A stretch of DNA of 64,000 bases from an uncultured bacterium. Lineage in GTDB: Bacteria; Fidelibacterota; Marinisomatia; Marinisomatales; Marinisomataceae. Each line of letters starts with the position of its first letter. The stretch's first letter is position 1. Below the pieces are notes generated by a model. The model searched no databases. It saw only the letters and a list, made by a program, of their open reading frames with translations, and was not told where the DNA came from. Of this stretch, positions 58,341-64,000 are shown piece by piece. The stretch spans positions 173,592-237,591 of the forward strand of contig CALSYL010000004.1 in the NCBI GenBank assembly GCA_943841495.1, in the 5' to 3' direction. Position numbers and translations under genes: made by a program.

Positions 58341-59072
58341 AATAGAAAAATGTAAGCTAGAGGTATGCCCAACTCTTTCACCATTTAAACTATCTGGAAA
58401 TTGAAAAACAATGGAGTTTTTAATTTCTCCATCATAAGGATCAAAATCATAATTTTTGAACTGAGAGTCAAACTCTTTTAAGTTTCTCCATTGCACATGC
58501 TTATTGGTAAATCCATTTTCAAATTCATAATCAAGACTATTAATATTTTCAGAACAATTTTTATTAAAAATTGATTCATAGAGTCTTATATAAAAGGGAG
58601 TCTTGTCTCTTTCATAATTCACCGGGGTGGCTACAGTGTTGAATGTAATCTTTTCATTAAATGGAAAGGATTGATTTGTAAACATTACAACACTTCCGCC
58701 CATGCTATGCCCAACAATTTGCCAATTATCAATTTCTGGATATTGCATAATGAGGCGCTGTAATTCTTCTTCAAAATCTTCTGAAACATTGCTAGGACAT
58801 TCATTCCAATTATATTTATAAAAAAATGTATTGATATTTTTTTCAACAAGATAATTAAATGGTTGTACCCATTCATGATGTATTTCCACCCAATATACTG
58901 GATAGAATCCATGAACAGCTACAATTGCAGTATTACCTGCTCCATAATGGACTACATTCATACCACCTGGAATTTTTTTTAAATCTTTAAAAGATGTATA
59001 CTTGTCGTCCCCATATGAAAATGAGCATAAACAAATAAAAGCAAGAATTGTTGTCAGTGTGCGATTAAACAT
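58323..59072 (-). CDS. Secreted alpha/beta-hydrolase (lipase/esterase-like)
   Basis: GHSMGG nucleophile elbow and a signal peptide. Confidence 0.6.
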   Translation of the reverse strand: MFNRTLTTILAFICLCSFSYGDDKYTSFKDLKKIPGGMNVVHYGAGNTAIVAVHGFYPVYWVEIHHEWVQPFNYLVEKNINTFFYKYNWNECPSNVSEDFEEELQRLIMQYPEIDNWQIVGHSMGGSVVMFTNQSFPFNEKITFNTVATPVNYERDKTPFYIRLYESIFNKNCSENINSLDYEFENGFTNKHVQWRNLKEFDSQFKNYDFDPYDGEIKNSIVFQFPDSLNGERVGHTSSLHFSILEIIN

Positions 59073-59095
59073 TATATATTGTCAAAATTGTTAAA

Positions 59096-59515
59096 ATGAA
59101 TTTAAAAATACAATTAGTAAAAAATAAGGAAGAATACGAAGATATCCTTGAGATTCGAAAACAAGTTTTCATTAGAGAGCAAAATGTGCCTGAAAGCATA
59201 GAAATTGAATATGAAAATGTTTCGTCTCATGTCATTTGCTTTCTTGATGGAAATCCAATTGGAACGGGTAGATGGAGAGAGAGTGATTTCGGAATAAAGC
59301 TAGAAAGATTTGCTGTGTTGAAAAAATACAGAGGTCTTGGGATTGGAAAAGAGATTGTTAATTTTATTTTATCTCAAATTTCTTCAAATAAAACCATATA
59401 TTTACATGCACAGGAAGCAGTGGTAGATTTTTATAAAAAACTCGGATTCAGCGTTTCAGGAAAACAATTTTATGAAGCAGATATCCCTCATTCTAAAATG
59501 ATTTATAAGTCATAA
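59096..59515 (+). CDS. GNAT-family N-acetyltransferase
   Basis: RGLGIGKEIV (Q/RxxGxG/A) and 139 aa. Confidence 0.8.
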   Translation: MNLKIQLVKNKEEYEDILEIRKQVFIREQNVPESIEIEYENVSSHVICFLDGNPIGTGRWRESDFGIKLERFAVLKKYRGLGIGKEIVNFILSQISSNKTIYLHAQEAVVDFYKKLGFSVSGKQFYEADIPHSKMIYKS

Positions 59516-59517
59516 TT

Positions 59518-61353
59518 ATGCAAGAGTCATCATTAAAAAGATTATTTAAGTTTGTTTTGGCACATTGGCCTTTTTTACTTTTATCAACATGCGCAGCCTT
59601 CTTTTTTGTTGTTTTTAACAGTGCATCCATTTGGATTACTGCAACAATGATTAATAATATCTTGATTGACTTCAACCAAATGCTAATTGAGAATCAAAAA
59701 TTATTAAGCTTGAATGATTTGACAATGAACGATCGGTTAAAGCTATTTTCAAATAATCTATTATTAAAAGATACTGCAATTAATACTGTTTCATCTGTAT
59801 GCATAGCTTTAATTATTGTTTTTTCTGCTAAAAATATTTTTTTATATATAAAAAATATTACTCTCTCTGTAGTCCAGTACAAACTAATTCGAGATTTAAG
59901 GAATAAACTCTACAGCCATTTTCATTACTTATCATTATCATATTTTAATAAAAATAAATCTGGTGAATTAACAGCTGTGTTAGTGAATGATATCGATAAC
60001 ATGAGAAATTCGTTATCAATAATGTTTCAAAAGTTGTTTGTTGAGCCGATAAATATAATCATTCTGATGAGTTTATTATTCATTGTCAGTTCAAAATTAG
60101 CTCTTATAGCATTATTAATTATTCCTATAAGTGGTGTTATAATTTTTGGTATCTCGAATAGCATTAGAAGAAGATCAAAAAGAAGTCAAGCTCAGCTAGC
60201 AGGAATGACATCAATGATTGCTGAAACAATAGGTTCAATGAGAATCGTTAAAGCATTTGCAACTAAAGGATTTGAAATTAATAGGTTTGCTAGTGAAACA
60301 CAAAAATACTATAAATTAATGCTTAGACGAGATAGGTTAAGATTTGTTTCTTCTCCAGTTTCTGAAACGTTTGGAGCTTCAATTGCTGCTTTGCTTCTTT
60401 GGGTGGGTGCAAGAGATGTTTTGGTTGTTGAGTCTATTAGCTCTGAAGATTTTTTGAGATTTATTTTATTATTGTTTAGTCTTTTCCAGCCCTTGAAAAA
60501 TCTTACTAATGTCGTGAACGAGCTTCAAAATGGTCTTGCTTCAGCAGATAGGGTGTTTGCAATAATGGATACAAAATCAGATATTCTAGATTCAGATAGA
60601 GCTGTAAAGATCAGCGATTTAGATAACAATATTGCTTTTAACAATGTCTCTTTTGCATACAAAAAAGAGCATGAAAAAGTATTAGATAAAATTAATTTTA
60701 ATATAAATAAAGGCGAAATAATAGCTTTAGTGGGTCCTAGCGGGGCCGGTAAATCTACATTGGTAGATTTAATTCCAAGATTTTATGATACCATAGATGG
60801 ATCAATTACAATAGATGGAATTGATGTTAAAGACATTAAGATTAATTCTTTACGATCTCTCATGGGTATTGTAACACAAGAAACATTTCTTTTTGACGAT
60901 TCAATCAAAGCCAATATTGCATATGGTGTAGATAATATTTCAGATAAAGAAATTGAAGAAGCCGCAAAAGCTGCTAATGCACATGAGTTCATTACTGAAC
61001 TTGAAAATGGGTATAATACTATAATTGGTGAAAGAGGCGTTTCACTTTCTGGCGGACAAAAACAAAGGATTGCCATTGCAAGAGCTATTGTTAAAAATCC
61101 TCCAATATTAATTTTGGATGAAGCTACATCGTCATTAGATAGTGAATCAGAAAAGCATGTTCAGTCCGCAATTGAAAATTTGATGAATCAAAGAACAGTA
61201 TTTGTTATTGCTCATCGATTATCAACTGTACACAATGCTAGCAAAATTTTGGTCCTAGATAATGGGAAGATTGTTCAAGAAGGTAAGCATGAAGAATTAG
61301 TAAATATTGATGGGCTTTATAAACAATTACACAAAATGCAATTTCAAACTTAA
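59518..61353 (+). CDS. ABC exporter, fused permease/ATPase (MsbA-like)
   Basis: 6 TM plus GPSGAGKST, LSGGQKQR and ILILDEATS. Confidence 0.85.
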   Translation: MQESSLKRLFKFVLAHWPFLLLSTCAAFFFVVFNSASIWITATMINNILIDFNQMLIENQKLLSLNDLTMNDRLKLFSNNLLLKDTAINTVSSVCIALIIVFSAKNIFLYIKNITLSVVQYKLIRDLRNKLYSHFHYLSLSYFNKNKSGELTAVLVNDIDNMRNSLSIMFQKLFVEPINIIILMSLLFIVSSKLALIALLIIPISGVIIFGISNSIRRRSKRSQAQLAGMTSMIAETIGSMRIVKAFATKGFEINRFASETQKYYKLMLRRDRLRFVSSPVSETFGASIAALLLWVGARDVLVVESISSEDFLRFILLLFSLFQPLKNLTNVVNELQNGLASADRVFAIMDTKSDILDSDRAVKISDLDNNIAFNNVSFAYKKEHEKVLDKINFNINKGEIIALVGPSGAGKSTLVDLIPRFYDTIDGSITIDGIDVKDIKINSLRSLMGIVTQETFLFDDSIKANIAYGVDNISDKEIEEAAKAANAHEFITELENGYNTIIGERGVSLSGGQKQRIAIARAIVKNPPILILDEATSSLDSESEKHVQSAIENLMNQRTVFVIAHRLSTVHNASKILVLDNGKIVQEGKHEELVNIDGLYKQLHKMQFQT

Positions 61354-61366
61354 ATTATAATTAGCT

Positions 61367-62632
61367 ATGGGGAAATTAAAAGAAAGATTATCAAAAAAAA
61401 TTCCAGATTGGAGATACAATTATCGTCAACTTCTTGATGAAAAAGGCGATCAAGTTACTAGCACTGTTACCATAGAAAAAGCATACTCTGGTATGAAAGG
61501 TGTTAAAGGTATGATTTGCGATACATCTTCTGTTACTGCAGAAGCAGGGTTGCATGTAAGAGGAAGACATATCTTAGACCTAGTTGATTTAAAACCTGAA
61601 GAAATTTTATACCTTCTTCTCATTGGTGATTTACCAGATGCTGAATCTCTCCAAGATTTACAAAAAGAATTAAAAGACAAAAGTACAGTTCCGGATTATG
61701 TTTGGAGTGTGCTTGATAGTATGCCTAAAGATTCTCACCCAATGGCAATGTTTAATACTGCAATCTTGTCAATGCAAAAAGAAAGTAAATTTGCTGAAGC
61801 ATATGATTTAGTTGTTTCCAAAAGTGATTACTGGGAAACAACTTTAGAAGATGGATTAAATATTATTGCAAAATTACCTGCAATTGGTGCTGCTATTTAC
61901 AGAATGCGTTTTAGTAAAGGCAATAGAATTGAAGCTGGAGATTCAGTTGATTGGTCAGAAAGTTTTTTACAAATGATGGGTTTTGATTATTCCGATGATA
62001 TGTTAAAGATGATGCAACTATATTTAATGCTGCATTGCGATCATGAAGGTGGAAATGTCAGTACTTTTAGTGCTCTGACAGTTAATTCTGCATTATCAGA
62101 TCCATATTATTCACTATCAGCAGGGTTGAATGGATTGGCTGGACCTTTGCATGGATTAGCGAATCAAAATAATCTAAAATTTGTTTTGGATATCATTGAT
62201 CATTACAATGGGGTTCCATCAGATGAGCAATTAAAAGAATTTTCTTGGGATAGATTAAACTCAGGTAAAGTAATTCCTGGATATGGTCATGCTGTCTTAA
62301 GATGCCCAGATCCTAGATTTACTGCATTTATGAATTTTGGAAAATCTCACATAAATGATAGTGATGTTTTTGATGTTGTTACAAAGTTATTTGATATTGT
62401 TCCAGATGTTTTAAAAGAGCATGGTAAGGCAAGAAACCCTTGGCCAAATGTTGATGCTGCTTCAGGTTCATTGCTTTATCATTATGGCATCAAAGAATTT
62501 CAATTTTATACTGTTTTATTTAGTATGTCTAGATCGCTTGGAATTGTATCGCAAATGGTATTAGCACGAGCAATGGGAATGCCATTAACAAGACCAAAAT
62601 CTTTAACGTACGAGGCGTTAAAGCAGCTTTAA
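61367..62632 (+). CDS. gltA: Citrate synthase (eukaryote-like type)
   Basis: LHCDHEGGNVS and PGYGHAVLRCPDPR. Confidence 0.92.
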   Translation: MGKLKERLSKKIPDWRYNYRQLLDEKGDQVTSTVTIEKAYSGMKGVKGMICDTSSVTAEAGLHVRGRHILDLVDLKPEEILYLLLIGDLPDAESLQDLQKELKDKSTVPDYVWSVLDSMPKDSHPMAMFNTAILSMQKESKFAEAYDLVVSKSDYWETTLEDGLNIIAKLPAIGAAIYRMRFSKGNRIEAGDSVDWSESFLQMMGFDYSDDMLKMMQLYLMLHCDHEGGNVSTFSALTVNSALSDPYYSLSAGLNGLAGPLHGLANQNNLKFVLDIIDHYNGVPSDEQLKEFSWDRLNSGKVIPGYGHAVLRCPDPRFTAFMNFGKSHINDSDVFDVVTKLFDIVPDVLKEHGKARNPWPNVDAASGSLLYHYGIKEFQFYTVLFSMSRSLGIVSQMVLARAMGMPLTRPKSLTYEALKQL

Positions 62633-62638
62633 ATATTG

Positions 62639-63274
62639 ATGCTCAAAAAAGATAAAGTAAGATTTATTATAGAACAGCTTGATAAATTTTATCCAACAGT
62701 CAATCCACCATTAGACCATTCAAATAATTATACATTGTTAATTGCTGTACTGTTATCAGCTAACTCAACAGATAAGTCTGTTAACAAAGTAACCCCCTCG
62801 CTTTTTAAAAAAGCAAACGTTCCAAATAAAATGATTCAATTATCTTATGATGAATTATATAGCATTATAAAGCCATGTGGGCTTGGTCCTGCAAAAGCTA
62901 AAAATATTTTAGCCCTTTCTCATATATTGGTAAACAACTTTAAAAGCGAAGTTCCTGATAGTTTTCAAGAGCTTGAAAAGTTGCCTGGCGTTGGTCATAA
63001 AACAGCTTCTGTTGTAATGTCACAAGCTTTTGGATATCCTGCCTTTGCAGTTGATACGCATGTGCACAGACTAATGTATAGATGGGGATTGTCGAATGGA
63101 AAAAGTGTTTTACAAACAGAACGTGACGGTAAAAGACTGTTTCCAGAAGAAAAATGGAATAAACTACATCTTCAAATCATTTTTTATGGAAGAGAATATT
63201 GTCCTGCGAGAAATTTTAATCCAAATTCATGCCCAATTACATCTATTGTTGGAAGAAGATCATTATTTAAATAA
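62639..63274 (+). CDS. nth: Endonuclease III-family DNA glycosylase/lyase lacking the full 4-Cys Fe-S loop
   Basis: HhH-GPD LPGVGHKTASVV (catalytic Lys) and AVDTHVHR (Asp). The C-terminus has only 2 Cys. ATG at 62639, one codon after the track's TTG. Confidence 0.85.
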   Translation: MLKKDKVRFIIEQLDKFYPTVNPPLDHSNNYTLLIAVLLSANSTDKSVNKVTPSLFKKANVPNKMIQLSYDELYSIIKPCGLGPAKAKNILALSHILVNNFKSEVPDSFQELEKLPGVGHKTASVVMSQAFGYPAFAVDTHVHRLMYRWGLSNGKSVLQTERDGKRLFPEEKWNKLHLQIIFYGREYCPARNFNPNSCPITSIVGRRSLFK

Positions 63275-63286
63275 ATTAGAAGCTCT

Positions 63287-63712
63287 ATGAATAAAAATAA
63301 TACAACCTTTCTAACAAAAGTATTTTCATTCGCTGCCGCTCATCAGTATGGAAATAAGAAGTGGTCTGAAGAGGAAAACTGGAATGTTTTTGGGAAAGAT
63401 ACAAAAGTGCATGGACATAATTATGAGTTGCATGTTACAGTGAGTGGAGATGTTGATCCTGATACTGGATTCTTGGTTGATTTAGGACATTTAAAAAAGA
63501 TTGTCAAAACACACATTGTTGATGTATTAGACCATTCGCAATTTGAAATAGATGTAGAATGGTTTAAAGGAAAGCAGCCTTCAACGGAAAACTTGGTAGT
63601 TTTTATATGGGAAGAAATTGCTAAAAGGTTAGAAGGATGTCATCTTCATAGGATTAGAGTAATAGAGACACCAACAATTTATACTGACTATTACGGTCCT
63701 AATAATGAATGA
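63287..63712 (+). CDS. queD: 6-carboxy-5,6,7,8-tetrahydropterin synthase
   Basis: FSFAAAH, HGHNYELHV and 141 aa. Confidence 0.88.
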   Translation: MNKNNTTFLTKVFSFAAAHQYGNKKWSEEENWNVFGKDTKVHGHNYELHVTVSGDVDPDTGFLVDLGHLKKIVKTHIVDVLDHSQFEIDVEWFKGKQPSTENLVVFIWEEIAKRLEGCHLHRIRVIETPTIYTDYYGPNNE

Positions 63713-64000
63713 TTTTCAAGAAAGATTATATTTAATCTTTTCTGGTATATTCATTGCTTCACTGGTGGCGTGTAATTTAATTTTTCAAAAGTTTTTTACT
63801 TGGAATTTTCTAGGCTTAACCTTTGAACTATCTGTTGGAATTATAGCATATCCTGTAACATTTTTAGTTACTGATTTAATATCTGAGTTATATGGAAAAA
63901 AGAGAGCAAATCAAGTTGTAATTTCCGGTTTTTGTGCAAGTATTTTTACAACTCTACTAATTTATATTTCAATGAACGCAACAGCTGCAGATTGGTCACC
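63705..64000 (+). CDS. yhhQ: Queuosine-precursor transporter (YhhQ/VUT family), N-terminal part. The gene runs off the window.
   Basis: Hand translation gives MNDFQERLYLIFSGIFIASLVACNLIFQKFF...YPVTFLVTDLISELYGKKRAN. 8-nt overlap with queD. Confidence 0.8.
   Translation, partial: MNDFQERLYLIFSGIFIASLVACNLIFQKFFTWNFLGLTFELSVGIIAYPVTFLVTDLISELYGKKRANQVVISGFCASIFTTLLIYISMNATAADWS

Noticed and set aside
63275-63286. preQ1 riboswitch ahead of queD/yhhQ.
   Set aside because: Only 12 nt separate nth and queD, and queD/yhhQ overlap, so there is no room for the aptamer.
46458-63290. Further embedded ORFs. Examples: 46754..47062, 47418..47730, 48454..48666, 49979..50224, 50297..50563, 51939..52145, 54171..55265, 56241..56489, 58685..58912, 59493..59882, 60783..61076, 61450..61680, 63096..63290.
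   Set aside because: The reasoning is the same. 59493..59675 has a signal-peptide-like start but is entirely antisense to the GNAT/msbA junction.

Overview
This is an AT-rich, very gene-dense chromosomal segment with about 70 protein genes and 4 tRNAs. Nearly all genes abut or overlap. I saw no rRNA, CRISPR array, transposase, integrase or phage genes. Several families present are typical of the FCB superphylum (Bacteroidota-like, possibly a sister lineage such as Marinimicrobia): SprA, a Bacteroidetes-type glutaminyl cyclase, DUF2480, DUF6702, a eukaryote-type citrate synthase and EtfD. The taxon cannot be fixed from the sequence alone.

Main blocks, in order:
- NodT efflux lipoprotein fragment, DUF2878-like protein, SRPBCC protein and tRNA-Phe.
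- rdgB, sprA (T9SS translocon), a glutaminyl-cyclase-like lipoprotein, an EEP lipoprotein and a TPR protein, with no intergenic gaps.
- rng, rplU, rpmA and mdh.
- suhB-like gene, gcdH, birA, a LysM lipoprotein and the catalytic subunit of methylmalonyl-CoA mutase.
- etfB, etfA and a membrane Fe-S oxidoreductase.
- A 9-gene suf operon.
- korAB, fumC and PBP1A; then lptF/G.
- tRNA-His and tRNA-Pro, followed by a block that looks more accessory: a DEDDh exonuclease, a small ORF, then MORN, TIGR02450, LOG, AKR and a Cas4-like nuclease.
- Housekeeping and metal/redox genes: M1 peptidase, lgt, dcd, yidD, NicO, blc, zupT, gpx, TlpA-like, Rieske oxygenase, grxD, xth, msbA-like, gltA, nth, queD, yhhQ.

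I did not find a clear-cut novel multi-gene system. The leads below are modest:
- sprA is translationally coupled to a glutaminyl cyclase, and most predicted signal peptides in the window have Gln at +1.
- A GC-rich intergenic element occurs twice.
- A homopolymer frameshift separates a YiiX-like enzyme from its signal anchor.
- Two small membrane ORFs are missing from the ORF track.
- The five-gene operon downstream of the tRNAs includes an AKR with a CCxxGCxxC N-terminal module.
- The endonuclease III lacks two of its four Fe-S cysteines.
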